The position numbers and the translations under genes are program-made. This document shows, in pieces, positions 37,357 to 50,000 of a stretch of 64,000 nt of DNA. The stretch's first letter is position 1. Every line of letters begins with the position of its first letter. The stretch is from Squalus acanthias. Its lineage: Eukaryota. The DNA lies in contig CM059431.1 of NCBI GenBank assembly GCA_030390025.1, positions 132,186,001-132,250,000 of the forward strand, in the 5' to 3' direction. The notes below the pieces were generated by a model. That model was given only the letters and a program-made list of their open reading frames with translations. It made no database searches and was not told the DNA's origin.

Positions 37357-40300
37357 GTTTTTTTATTCGTACATGAGATGTGGGCATCGCTGACAAGGCC
37401 AGCATTTATTGCCCGTCCCTAATTGCCCTTGAGAAGGTGGTGGTGAACCGCCATCTTGAACTGCAGCAGTCCGTGTGGTGAAGGTACTCCCACAGTGCTG
37501 TTAGGGAGGGAGTTCCAGGATTTTGACCCAGCGATGATGAAGGATCGGCGATATACTTCTAAGTCAGGATGGTGTGTGACTTGGAGGGGAACTTGGAGGT
37601 GGTGGTGTTCCCATGCGCCTGCTGCCCTTGTCCTTCTAGGTGGAAGAGGTCGCGGTTTTGGGAGGTGCTGCCGAAGAAGCCTTGGCGAGTTGCTGCAATG
37701 CATCTTGTAGATGGTACACACTGCAGCCACGGTACGCCGGTGGTGGAGGGAGTGAATGTTTAAGGTGGTGGATGGGGTGCCAATCAAGCGGGCTGCTTTG
37801 TCCTGGATGGTGTCGAGCTTCTTGAGTGTTGTTGGAGATGCACTCATCCAGGCAAGTGGAGAGTATTCCATCACACTCCTGACTTGTGCCTTGTAGATGG
37901 TGGAAAGGCTTTGGGGAGTCAGGAGATGAGACACTCGCTGCAGAATACCTAGCCTCTGACCTGCTCTTGTTGCCACAGTATTTATGTGGCTGGTCCAGTT
38001 AAGTTTCTGGTCAATGGTGACCCCCAGAATGTTGATGGTGGGGGATTCGGTGATGGTAATACCGTTGAATGTCGGGGGAGGTGGTTAGACTTTCGCTTGT
38101 TGGAGATAGTCATTGCCTGGCACTTCTGTGGCACGAATGTTACCTGCCACTTATCAGCCCAAGCCTAAACGTCATCAGGGTCTTGTTGCATGCGGGCATG
38201 GGCTGCTTCATTATCTGAGGAGTTGTGAATGGCGCTGAACACTGTGCAGTCATCAGCGAACATCCCCATTTCTGACCTTATGTTGGAGGGAAGGTCATTG
38301 ATGAAGCAGCTGAAGATGGTTGGGCCTAGGATACTGCCCTGAGGAACCCCTGCAGCAATGTCCTGGGCTGTGATGATTGACCTTCAATCACCACAACCAT
38401 CTTCCTTTGTGCTAGGTATGACTCCAGCCAGTGGAACGTTTTCCCCCCGATTCCCATTGACTTCAGTTTTACTAGGGCTCCTTGATGCCACACTCAATCA
38501 AATGCTGCCTTGATGTCAAGGGCAGTCACTCTCACCTCACCTCTGGAATTCAGCTCCTTTGTCCATGTTTGGACCAAGGCTGTAATGAGGGCGGGAGCCG
38601 AGTGGTCTTGGCGGAACCCAAACTGGGCAGCTGTGAGCAGGTTATTGGTGAGTAAGTGCCACTTGATAGCACTGTCAATGATACCTTCCATCACTTTGCT
38701 GATGATTGAGAGTAGACTGATGGGGCGGTAATTGGCCGGGTTTGATTTGTCCTGCTTTTTGTGGACAGGACATACCTGGGCAGTTTTCCACATTGTCGGA
38801 TAGATGCCAGTGTTGTAGCTGTACTGGAGCAGCTTGGCTAGAGGCGTGGCTAGTTCTGGAGCACAAGTCTTCAGCACGATAGTCGGGATGTTGTTGGGGC
38901 CCATAGCCTTTGCTGTATCCAGTGCGCTCAGCCGTTTCTTGATATCACGTGGAGTGAATGGAATTGGCTGAAGACTGGCTTCTGTGATGTTGGGGACTTT
39001 AGGAGTAGGCCGATATGGATCATCCACTCGGCACTTCTGGCTGAAGATGGTTGCAAACGCTTCAGCCTTGTCTTTTGCACTCACATGCTGGGCTCCACCA
39101 TCATTGAGGATGGGGATAATCATGGAGCCTCCTCCTCCCGTTAGTTGTTTAATGGTCCACCACCATTCATGACTGGATGTGGGAGGACTGCAGAGCTTTG
39201 ATCTGATCCGTTGATTGTGGGATCGCTTAGCCCTGTCTGTAGCATGCTGCTTCTGCTTTTTAGCATGCATGTAGTCCTGTGATGCAGCTTCCCCAGGTTG
39301 GCACCTTATTTTTAGGAACGCCTGGTGCTGCTCCTGGCATGCTCTTCTGCACTCCTTATTGAACCAGGGTTGGTCCCCTGGCTTGATGGTAATGGCAGAG
39401 TGAGGGATATGCTGGGCCATGAGGTTACAGATTGTGGTGGAATACAGTTCTGCTGCTGCTGATGGCCCACAGCACCTCATGGATGCCCAGTTTTGAGCTG
39501 CTAGATCTGTTCTGAATCTATCCCATTTAGCATGGTTGTAGTGCCACACAACACGATGGAGGGTGTCCTCAGTGTGAAGACAGGACTTCATCTCCACAAT
39601 GACTGTGCAGTTGTCACTGCTACCAATACTGTCATGGACAGATGCATCTGCGACAGGTAGATCGGTGAGGACGAGGTCAAATAGATTTTTCCCCTTGTGT
39701 TGGTTCTCTCACCACCTGTCGCAGGTCCAGACTGGCAGTTATGTCCTTCAGGACTCGGCCTGCTCAGTCAGTAGTGGTGCTACCGAGCCACTCTTGGTGA
39801 TGGACATTGAAGTCCCCCACCCAGAGTGCACTCTGTGCCCTTGCTACTCTCAGTGCTTCTTCCAAGTGGTGTTCAACATGGAGGAGTACTGATGCATCAG
39901 CTGAGCGAGGGCGGTAGGTGGTAATCAGCAGGAGGTTTCCTTGCCCATGCTTGACCTGAAGCCATGAGAATCATGGGGTCCGGAGTCAATGTTGAGAACT
40001 CCCAGGGCCACTCCTTCCCGACTGTATACCACTGTGCCGCCACCCCTGGTGGGTCTGTCCTGCCAGGACATACCCAGAGATGGTGATGGAGGAGATTTTG
40101 TGAGTATGATTATGTCAGGCTGTTGCTTGACTAGTCTGTGGGACAGCTCTCCCAATTTTGGCACAAGTCCCCAGATGTTGGAGGACTTTACAGGGTCGAC
40201 TGGGCTGGGTGTGCCATTGCTGTGTCCGTAGCCGGTGCCGAGGTCAATGCCGGGTGGTCTGTCCGGTTTCATTCTTTTTCGTAGTAATTTGTTACAACTG

Positions 40301-40590
40301 AGTAGCTTGCTAGGCCATTTCTGTGGGTCTGGAGTCACATATGGGCCAGACCAGGTAAGGACGGCAGATTTCCTTCCTGAAAGGACATTAGTGATCCAGA
40401 TGGGCTTTTACGACAATCCGATAGTTTCATGGTCACCATTACTGATACTAGTAATTATTCCAGATTTATTTAATCAACTGAATTTAAATTCCCCAGCTGC
40501 CGTGGTGGGATTTGAACTCATGTCTCTGGATCATTAGTCCAGGCATCTGGATTACTAGCCCAGTGACATTACCACTATGCTACCGTTCCC
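37357..40590 (-). mobile_element. tRNA-headed LINE (family B), apparently full length (about 3.2 kb), EN-RT frameshifted
   Basis: Head at 40590-40500. EN start NIWGLVPKLGEL...PDIIILT. RT ORF 38494-39597 (NYRPISLLS, QFGFR, LDIKAAFD). C-terminus 37419-37976. A-rich tail at about 37357. Confidence 0.9.
40500..40590 (-). promoter_or_regulatory. tRNA-derived RNA polymerase III internal promoter (A and B boxes) at the LINE 5' end
   Basis: Minus strand GGGAACGG TAGCATAGTGG (A box, 40582-40572) ... GAGTTCAAATCCC (B box, 40519-40507). The same head occurs at 5060-5146. Confidence 0.75.
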
Positions 40591-42492
40591 TCAAACAGCT
40601 TGTCATGAGTGAGACATGACAAGCCTGATTAATCATGGTAATTTCCTGACCTGCACTTTTAAGTGATGTTAATTCTCCGCAAAAAATAAGATCAGTGGTT
40701 TTATTGACTTTTCTTATTTGTTAATAGAAAAATAAAATGATTTTTAGCCTGTTCTTTAAGCTGCTGCAGAAGGAAGAAAGATAAATGAGTTATGGAAAAA
40801 ACATGAAATAGTATTTTAGATCTCTCACCATTTGCACTTTGCTGATGATGAATAGTCTCATTTCATCTCATTAATTCTTTGAGCCAACCAGATAAATGCA
40901 AAAAGATTACCTTACCATCCCAAGCTGGTTAACGTGTCAAGATAACAAACAGGGGAATGATTCCCATTTTATCGATTTCTGCCAATGGTGATGTGCCAAA
41001 TTGTGTCTCACAGAAGCATAATTTTCTGAGTATTATGCTACACATAGGCACAGTGGGCCTGATTCTATTTTATTGGCACTGCCTCATGTGTGATTTGTGG
41101 TAGCAGCACATGCAAAAATGAAATAAAGGAGCCTGTGCTTTATTCTGAACAATGTATTGATTTCCCTCCTGGTTTTGGTTGTCGCTCGCTCTTTAGGTCC
41201 TGCCTTTATACTATGTACAGTTTGTTAACCAATTGGACAAACAGGGATTCCTCTCCTAAATGTCTGCTAACAAAAACTGGGAGGTGCATGAAAGCAACAT
41301 GCATTGATTTGCAATTTAACCTGCCCCCTCAATGAAGAAGCAAGGAGACCTCAGCACCTTCTTCTGAAACTATTTCCCCTTCCATCTTCAGAATTTCAAT
41401 CTAGGCTTTTTCTGATTGTTGTAGCAAAGGACATGAACCCACTTTCAAACAGTGATACCGTGCCTTTGAAATTGGTGAGAAGCTATTGATTATAACATGG
41501 ACTTTACATGTCATTGAGAGTGAAGAGTGATTAATACCTGGGATAGCCTTCTGTGCAGACTGTCGAATCATTCAGGAGACAGTGTCACATTTCAAGATTT
41601 TATGACCATTTTTCCACAGAAATGATTTGGGGGGAAAAAACATCACTTTTGAATGTTGAGTTTTTAAGCCAAAGTATCTTGACACAAGTTTTTTTTTTAA
41701 AAAGAAGGCACTGAGATGTAAAATAGTTAAAATTATGCCCAAGCTAAGCTTTGATGTGAAATCTCTAGTCCTGGATACTCGATAGCGACGGCAGGTCTGA
41801 CAGACCTTCCCTTCTGGTTGTGAATAGAGCATGAAAAAAAACAGAAGCAAGGGCAGTCAGTCAGGTCCAGCAAAGACTGCAAAGTCAAACAGAAAGTCAT
41901 CATGGCAAGCTTTGGCCAAGCTCAGAAGGACAATGCACAAAAATAGGAGTTATTTTGTTTAAGGCAAGCAAGATGCCATCTGATGTGGGGAAGCTTGTCA
42001 TGTTAATTATTTTTATATTATTACACAGAGACAGATTGTGCAGATTGAACTAAGTAAATATGTATGTTCACTTGCTCTGAGATAAAACAGCTTAACGATT
42101 CATATCTGGCCTCATCGAACCAAATCTCAGTCTACCCTCGAAAAGATTGAAGAAGCATGATTGCAAAAGACACAAATATCCAGTTCAGGTGACAAAGGGG
42201 TCCTATTGTTACACCCTGGGTTACGCTATTGTATAGTTAAATATTGGGTAATACAGATGCATCCCTAATCATAAGACACTTAGATCACTTACGGGAGGAA
42301 TTACTAGCAATGCTGTACCTGAAAGAATAACTAAGTTAAAACCCTAAACTATAATTGGCAGTTACATATCGTAGGGAACAGTAAATTTCCATGGAAGGAT
42401 GAGCTAGGTTGGCCAGTGGAGTCACTCATCTGTACTTATCTTTGTGAACAATTATGTAGTATGCTATAACTGTCTGGAATGGCAATTTGATT

Positions 42493-42860
42493 AGAATCAG
42501 AGAATCATACAGCACATAAAGAAGCCCCCCTGCCCATCATGCCCGTGCTGGCTCTTTGAAGGAGCTATCCAATTAGTCTCACTCCCCTGCTCTTTCCCCA
42601 TAGCCCTGCAAATTTTTCCTTTTCGAGTTTATATCCAATTACCTTTTGAAAGTAACTATTGAAACTGCTTCCACCACCCTTTCAGGCAATGCAATCCAGA
42701 TCGTAACAATTTGCTGCATAGAAATTCATAAATCCTTGTCCTCTGGTTACTGACACCCCCCCCCCCCCCCCCCCCCCCCCCCAACCACCAGTGGAAAGTT
42801 TCTCCTTATTTACTCTATCAAAACCCTTCATAATTTTGAACACTTCTATTAAATCTAAAT
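42493..42860 (-). mobile_element. CR1 3' tail fragment with a poly-C run
   Basis: DLIEVFKIMKGFDRV and CR1 3' UTR similar to 16620-16980. Confidence 0.75.
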
Positions 42861-43660
42861 TACATTTTTTATGGTTTGTTTTGTTAAATTGAAGTAATGG
42901 AAAGAGGAATACAAGCTTCCACACACAGCTTCTGGCTGGATCTCCTCTTGAATTTCTCTCATTTCCTCCAGTTTTAATTCATAATGAACCTCCAGTGTAC
43001 GAGCATTGCAGTTAAAGGAGGACTGTTGTCTCACTTTAGAGGAATCTGTGACTGCAGTAAAAACTAATAATTGTCTGTGACAGTACCAGCAATGATTGTC
43101 TCATCAAACAGTGCTTACAGCAAGTCAGTAATGGCCTTTACAAGATCCTGAAGCATTTAAATAGCACTGTCCTCACACATGAACAATGCACTGGTTAATT
43201 GGTTAAGAAGTAGCGCTATTCAAAAATATAATAGTGAACACACTTTCTCCCACTGTCTTGGGTGATACAATTATCTACTTCTTTTGTGTTCAGGATTTGA
43301 TGCTTTACTACCCAGAAATTTCAGACACCAAATATCTCTTTGTTTTAATTAATTACATAGCAGTGATTTTGTGAATAATGCTCAAGCAATGTAATTGACT
43401 ATGAACTACTGCAACCTCGTGTTTCATTTAAAAAAATTATTAACTGTGGTTTCAGCAATCATAAAGATATATTTCGCCTTTGCGTAGGACCTTATAACCT
43501 ACTTGTTATGATGCTTTAAATTGATTATTAAATTCTAATTACACTTGGTATCTCTGGTATAGCTGTAATTTATTTTCACAGTACGCCTTCCCATTGCAAT
43601 TTACTGGTAATGTACTTAGATGGATAGAACTATATTCTATCTATCTCTAAAAAAACATTA

Positions 43661-44651
43661 GGGTAGATTTTCCGATATGGGTGCAGTTTATACCTAGATG
43701 ATTTGAAACAGCTGCACAGGTCATCCAAAGTGAAATGCGCTGTCTGCACCCAATTTCTATGATCAGCTCATTATTGTATTTATGCCTAGCTTCAGTTGCA
43801 GATTTGGATGTGTGCAGAGAGCACGCGATTGGTGGGAGCTGAAAATTGCATATTTGTGAAATTTAAAGGGATGCAGATAATTTAAAGGGAAATGGTAGGA
43901 TAAGGGGACAAAAATTCTTGTGGCCTTTGGAAAGGCTCAGAAGACATTTCAACCCAACAGCAGCTTTGGCAAGGCTGCACGGGGGAAGTGTCCAAAAAAA
44001 TAAAAGTGAAAAGAAGCCCAAGATACAGGCATGAGTCTACAGGCAAGTGATGGTTAGGCACAGCACTCAAACCATGTTTGATGACGACTGAAATGGAGGT
44101 GGTGCTGCATGACATGGTTGCAAAGCAGGTGGCCCTTCTTGCCACTCGACAACACCACCTCCATAGACCAGCATGGTAGGAGGTGCTGGTATGCTTGAGG
44201 CCATAGGGGGACGGTACTGTCATTGGCTGTACCAGCCCTATGGTACATGGTAGCTGCAAATGACCTAATGGCAGTTAGCACATCTCCGCATCTGATTTTC
44301 TAAGGATTCAGAACCCAGTGAAGACAATTCCCTTAAAGGAAAAATAGACTGAACTGTCTTCTGAGTGTCCAGTGTGGCCTTCTACAAGGGAGTCAAGAGC
44401 TTATGATTTCTGAGTCCTTCTCCAGTTCAGGTCTGCTCCCTTATATTATGAATTACCTTGTCGTGCAAGTAGAGAAATATTGTTGTGAGGTCAATGCAAA
44501 CATCCTTTAGCGTGGCTTCATTTGATGTCCCTAAATCGCCCGTTGGAAAATCAATCATGCTGCAAGTCAGTCGCACAATGTCAGACGCCCAGTTTTCCAA
44601 CCTGTGCCTGTCAAGGATCCGTGCCATAATGGAGCCTTGGAAAATCAGGGC
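43661..44651 (+). mobile_element. Old Harbinger-like derivative (tentative)
   Basis: Ends GGGTAGATTTTCC and GGAAAATCAGGGC. About 44070-44190 reads EMEVVLHDMVAKQVALL...AW*EV, weakly Myb/SANT-like. Confidence 0.35.
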
Positions 44652-45564
44652 TTGAAAGTTCGAAAGACGAAAAAGAAAGGTTATGGGAGATAAGTTGTAA
44701 CAAATCAAAGATGGCAGTATATGGGACATTCTCCATTTCTGGGTGTATGGAGAAATTGAATGGGAATATGTATGTGAATGAAATCCTAAACCCATTCTTT
44801 TACGAATTACTTTACAAATTCATTGCACATAGGGTGCAGAGTGAATCTTCCACCCTGGTTTGTAGAGGAGGAGATTTGCTTTGTAAATGACTGGGGAGCT
44901 TTGTCAGGTAAAAGGTATCGAGGCAAAATATAAAAATAATAATTGGGAATCTTTTCAACTAGATTTGATGGGGAAGGATTAATATTTTTGTTGTCACAAC
45001 TGATATAGAAGGATGAGGAGATAATACTCAGAAGTGCACATTTAATAAATAGTTCTAATAGAGATTACAAGGTATTCAAAGATAAGAGTAAACATTTTTA
45101 CACTAAGGCAAAGAGCATTGGAAAGAAGCTTCAAGAATTACAGGTATTTGCAGCAAGTAAAAATAGTGACTTTTTTTTTGCCATTATTGAAACATGTTAT
45201 AGATGGAAAACAGACAAAAACATACAGCTGAGAAGAAATAGAATGTTCCACAATGATTAACCTGTTAAGATAGGTGGAGGAATGACATTAGTTCTAAAGG
45301 GAACTAAAACATCTATCAAAAAAGTGTATATACCAGCTGGGGAGACAGCAGAAGCGATATGGATGGAGATTTGTAACGATAAGCACAACAAAGTAATAAT
45401 TGGTAACTGCTATTGACAGTCAGCTCAAAGTGAATGGGTACATGGAGAGCTGTTTGGACAAACAAGAGAGGCTGCAGGGAATCGTAATGTGATACATGAC
45501 AACAAAGAAGTAAGACTGAAGAACAAACAATTTCATAGAGAAGTGACAGCTTCTTAACACAACA

Positions 45565-45749
45565 GAGCTCATTTTAACTTTGGCTGATGGCGTAAAATGG
45601 GCGGTATCGAATTGGTCGCGCATTCTACAGCTCTCCCGACTTTCCCTTCTATTGACTGCAATGGAAAGGAAAATCAAGCGTGGCGTAGAATGGGCGACTA
45701 GTTCGATGTTGCCTGTTTTACACCCTCGGCGAAAGTTAAAATTCCCCCC
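45565..45749. mobile_element. Short palindromic MITE
   Basis: Imperfect inverted arms of about 60-80 bp (TTTTAACTTT...GCATTCTAC and GTAGAATG...AAAGTTAAAA) around CTATTGACTGCAATGG. Confidence 0.7.
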
Positions 45750-46778
45750 AACATGTGAAACAGGCTACAAGATAGATGCTATATTTAGTCATCCAGGAGA
45801 ACTGATTTGTAACCTGGAAATGCATGAATACTTCGGGTAATCAGTGTAAAGTAATAAAGGCAAAGGCCGAAAATATCAATATTGCTGTGTAAGAGCAAGT
45901 GAGGATTAAGTGGTAAACTGACAATAGCCTGGATTCAGCAAGGCTGTGCTCCTGATACAGCACTTCGCTTGACAGAGGTGTGAATCAGAGAATTGGGCAC
46001 GGAGGCCAGCAGACCTGCTTCATGGTGTTGCTGATTTTCATGGGGTAGATTTTAATCACTGGAAAATCGATGCCAGTGTAAATTGCATGCACTGACTTCT
46101 ACATCTGATTCTGCGTGAAGCAAAGCTATATGTGGGGAATGTAGCCTCACTAAATTTACTTGTAGCCATGGCAGAAAAGAAGGAACATGGCGTGACCCAG
46201 GCCACAGTCGTTGAATGAGGTCAAAAAAATAACCTAATGGTTAAGAAAAATTTGCCGAGAATGTTTTTGAGCGTTCTCCCAATCGTCTGCTGTAACTTTA
46301 GCAGGAGATCGGTGAAAACCCCATTAATGTCCCATAATTTGCTGTCAAACTAATGGCGAAGCAAATAGCGCTCGCCATTATTTATGCGCAAATGCCACAG
46401 CAACTTCAGGCGAGGGGCAGATTTGAAACAATAGATTTAGAAATCCAAAAGTTGCTATCCGAGATGCGCCGCTCCACCATTAGTTTTGCGAAAATGGCAT
46501 CTCGCTGCCTGCCTCACCATTGAAATATATTGAGCAGCTTGAATTGGCTGCATTTACACGGTAGAAACAAACTAAAGTTAGAGCTGATCTGAAGTGACAC
46601 AAGGAGCCTGTTTTGGAGCCATTTAAGGCTCATGCATATTTATTTAAACCTGGATTAGCTGTCAGAGATTCTTTTGATGATGTGCTAAGTGTTAATCACT
46701 GCCAATGATCCCCTCTGGCACCGAAAATTAACTATTACAAGTGTGGAATCTCATTTCTTCAGGTTTTAATTGTTGTTG

Positions 46779-47013
46779 TGTGGCGGATCGCCACCTAAAC
46801 GGGCGCAATCCACTTTTCCGTCCGTGGACAATAAATCAGGCACCTTGCCTTTAAGGCGCATGCTGCCTTTAAGGCATGAAAAAAGGAGTGGGCGTGGCCT
46901 CAGGGTTTTGCAGAGAAATGTTAGCAGCCATTTTACCAGAGGAGATGTAATAAAAAGCCATGTGTTCCACATATTGACTCGGCCTCAATTCGTGCTTCGC
47001 GGCAGCCACAACA
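46779..47013 (+). repeat. 5' LTR
   Basis: Direct repeat of 50886-51120. Contains AATAAA. Confidence 0.95.
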
Positions 47014-47014
47014 T

Positions 47015-47028
47015 TGGTGACCCCGACG
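47015..47028 (+). promoter_or_regulatory. Primer binding site complementary to tRNA-Trp 3' end
   Basis: TGGTGACCCCGACG lies one base after the 5' LTR and matches the complement of the eukaryotic tRNA-Trp 3' end (...CGUCGGGGUCACCA), recalled from memory. Confidence 0.85.
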
Positions 47029-47053
47029 CTCAGAACGTATTCCGAGCACTGCA

Positions 47054-50000
47054 ATGGCGGACACGAACGCAGTTTCCGTGAAACTGCCGGAGTTTTGGGA
47101 AAACCAGCCCGAAGCCTGGTTCCTCCAAGCCGAGTCACGATTCCGGCTGCGACAAATCACCACAGATGGGACGAAGTACGACTACCTCGTCACATCACTC
47201 GGTAGCTCCACAGTTACGAAGGTCTGGACAGCGCTGCAGAACCCACCAGAGGAGGGCAAGTATGCACATCTTAAGGCCGCGCTCCTTAAAAAATTTACGG
47301 CCTCGACATACCAGCGAAACTGCCACCTCCTCGACCTTACAGGCCTCGGTGATGCCTCACCGTCAGACCTCCTCTCCCACATGCTCTCCCTCACCGACGA
47401 GAGCCCACCCGGATCCCTCTTCCGCACGCTGTTCATCCGCTAGCTACCTCTCAGCATCCGCCCAGCGATCGTGGCGTCTGGCCTTATGGACCTGGAAGCC
47501 CTGGCCGATGAGGCCGACAAGCTGCTGTCCGCTCACTCCAGCCGTGACGTCACTCCGGACCTGGCAGCCACTGACTGGGCGCGCCCCTCACCGGCCACCA
47601 CGCGGCCACAAGGCCCAGCCACCGGGCTCACGGGGCCTTCGCGCCCCACTAACCCGGGCCACTGTTACTACCACGCACGGTTCGGCACCAGGGCACAGCG
47701 GTGCACACCTCCCTGCTCTTTCAAGTCCGCCCCCGTACCAGCCCCCGCGATGGCCGTGGGCCACGCGGGCTCCCTACTGTACGTCACAGATGACAAAACC
47801 GGCCGCCGGTTCCTGTGCGACACTGGAGCTCAGCACAGCATCATCCCGGCCTTCGCCCTTGACATCGGAAAGGGCAAACGAGGACCGGCGCTGGCTGCTG
47901 CTAACAGCTCGGACATCGGACATACAGCACCCGTACAGTCACCCTCGACCTCGCTGGTCGCCGCTACCGATGGGAGTTCATCACTGCCAAGGTGCTCTCC
48001 CCTCTCATCGGTGCAGATTTCCTGTGCGGCCACGGCCTACTGGTAGACATCCCTCGACACCGCCTCGTGGACATGAACACCATGTCCCCCATCCTGGGCG
48101 CCATGGCCCCCCATCAACCCGCCGACATGGCGTCACAGTGCCACGCCCGGGCCACGGATGACTACTCGGCACTCCTGGCCGAATTTCCGGCCCTTACCAA
48201 TCCGACCTTCTCCGTGGAGGCCGCCAAACACGGGGTGGAGCACTTCATCCCCACCACAGGCCCCCCAGTGTATGCCCACGCCCGCAGGCTGGACCCGGCC
48301 AAACTGGAGATCGCGCGGACCGAGTTTGCCACCATGGAACAGCTCGGCATCATCCGCCGCTCCAACAGTCCCTGGGCCTCCCCACTCCACATCGCCCCCA
48401 AACCAGGCGGGGGTTGGCGCCCCTGCGGGGATTACCGCCGCCTCAACGACGCCACCACCCCTGATCGGTACCCCGTGCCGCACATCCAGGACTTCTCGGC
48501 TAGACTGGCCGGCCGCTCAGTCTTTTCCAAGGTCGACCTGGTGCGCGGCTACCACCAAGTCCCCGTCCACCCCGCGGACGTCCCCAAGACGGCCGTAATC
48601 ACCCCCTTCGGCCTTTTCGAGTTCCTGCGGATGCCCTTCAGCCTCAAAAACGCGACCCAGGCATTCCAACGGCTCATGGACTCGGTCCTTCGGGACCTGA
48701 AGTTCCTGTTCGTCTACCTGGACGACATCCTGGTAGCCAGTTCCTCCAAGCAGGAACACCTCGAACATCTTCGCATCCTGTTTGGGCGCCTCAGCGACCA
48801 CGGGCTCATCCTCAGCCCAGCCAAATGCCAGTTCGGCCTGGACAAGATCGACTTCCTCGGCCACCACATCACCCATGCTGGGGCCATTCCCCTGCCCACC
48901 AAGGTGCAGGCCGTCCAACAATTTCCCCGCCCCACCACCATCAAAGGCCTCCAGGAGTTCCTCGGGATGGTGAATTTCTACAACCGCTTCATCCCCAAAG
49001 CGGCGTCCCTCATGAGGCCCCTGTATGAAGCCCTCCGGGGCAGGAGCGGCAAGATGGCGGTCGAATGGACGGCAGACGCGTCAGCCGCCTTCGACTCCAC
49101 CAAGACCGCGCTCGCCAACGCCACCCTGCTCACGCACCCACGGCCCAATGCCAGGGTAGCGCTCACCACGGACGCCTCCGACCACGCGGTCGGCGCCGTG
49201 TATGAGCAGTGGGTCGACGGCGCCTGGCAACCACTTGCCTTCTTCAGCCGCCAACTATGCCCCCCGGATGTCAAGTACAGCACCTTCAACCGCGAGCTCC
49301 TCGCGCTGTTCCTGGCGGTCCGCCATTTTCGGTTTTTGCTGGAGGGCCACCCCTTCACTGCGTTTGTCGACCACAAACCCCTGACATTCGCAATGGCAAA
49401 GACAACCGACCCCTCGTCCGCCAGGCAGCAGCGCCAGCTCGCGGCAGTGTCCGAGTTCACCACGGACATCCAACACGTCTCCGGCCGAGACAATGTGGTA
49501 GCCGACTGCCTCTCCCGCCCCGCCATCCTCGCCGCACACCTGGCAGTCGACTACGCTCAACTCGCAGCAGACCAGATCACCAACCCTGATCTGCTCTCCG
49601 CACCTACCAACCTACCAGGGCTACGCCTGGCCGACGTCGCCTGTGGCCCGACCGCAGTCACGGTCAAGTGCGACATATCCCTATGTCAACCTCGGCCCGT
49701 CATCCCAGCGTCCTGGCGCCGCCGGGTATTCGACATTCTCCACAACCTCTCCCACCCCGGCGCCCGCACATCCATCAAATTGGTAGCCAACCGCTTTGTC
49801 TGGCGCAGCCTTCGCAAGGATGTGCGTACTTGGGCCAACTCCTGCCTAGCCTGCCAAAAGGCCAAGGTGCAGCAACACACGAAAGCACCCCTCGAGGAGT
49901 TTACCGTCCCTTCGCGTAGATTCAACCACATCCACGTGGACATCTTTGGGCCCCTGCCACCATCGCAAGGCCACACGCACTTGCTGACGATCGTTCACCG

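Noticed and set aside
40500..40590. Functional tRNA gene (also 5060-5146)
   Set aside because: There is no convincing acceptor stem, an extra hairpin is present, and it continues directly into retroelement sequence.
40599..40623. Terminator-like 9-bp inverted repeat CTTGTCATG/CATGACAAG
   Set aside because: It is short enough to arise by chance in 64 kb and has no supporting context.
47441..47443. Programmed stop read-through between gag and pol
   Set aside because: The TAG lies in mid-gag, upstream of the CHCC knuckle, not at the gag-protease boundary. A C-to-T mutation is simpler.
47166..48161. Separate 331-aa overlapping gene or env in the Gypsy element
   Set aside because: It is an alternative-frame ORF expected in high-GC DNA, with no recognisable motif. 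There is no room for env between the integrase and the 3' LTR.
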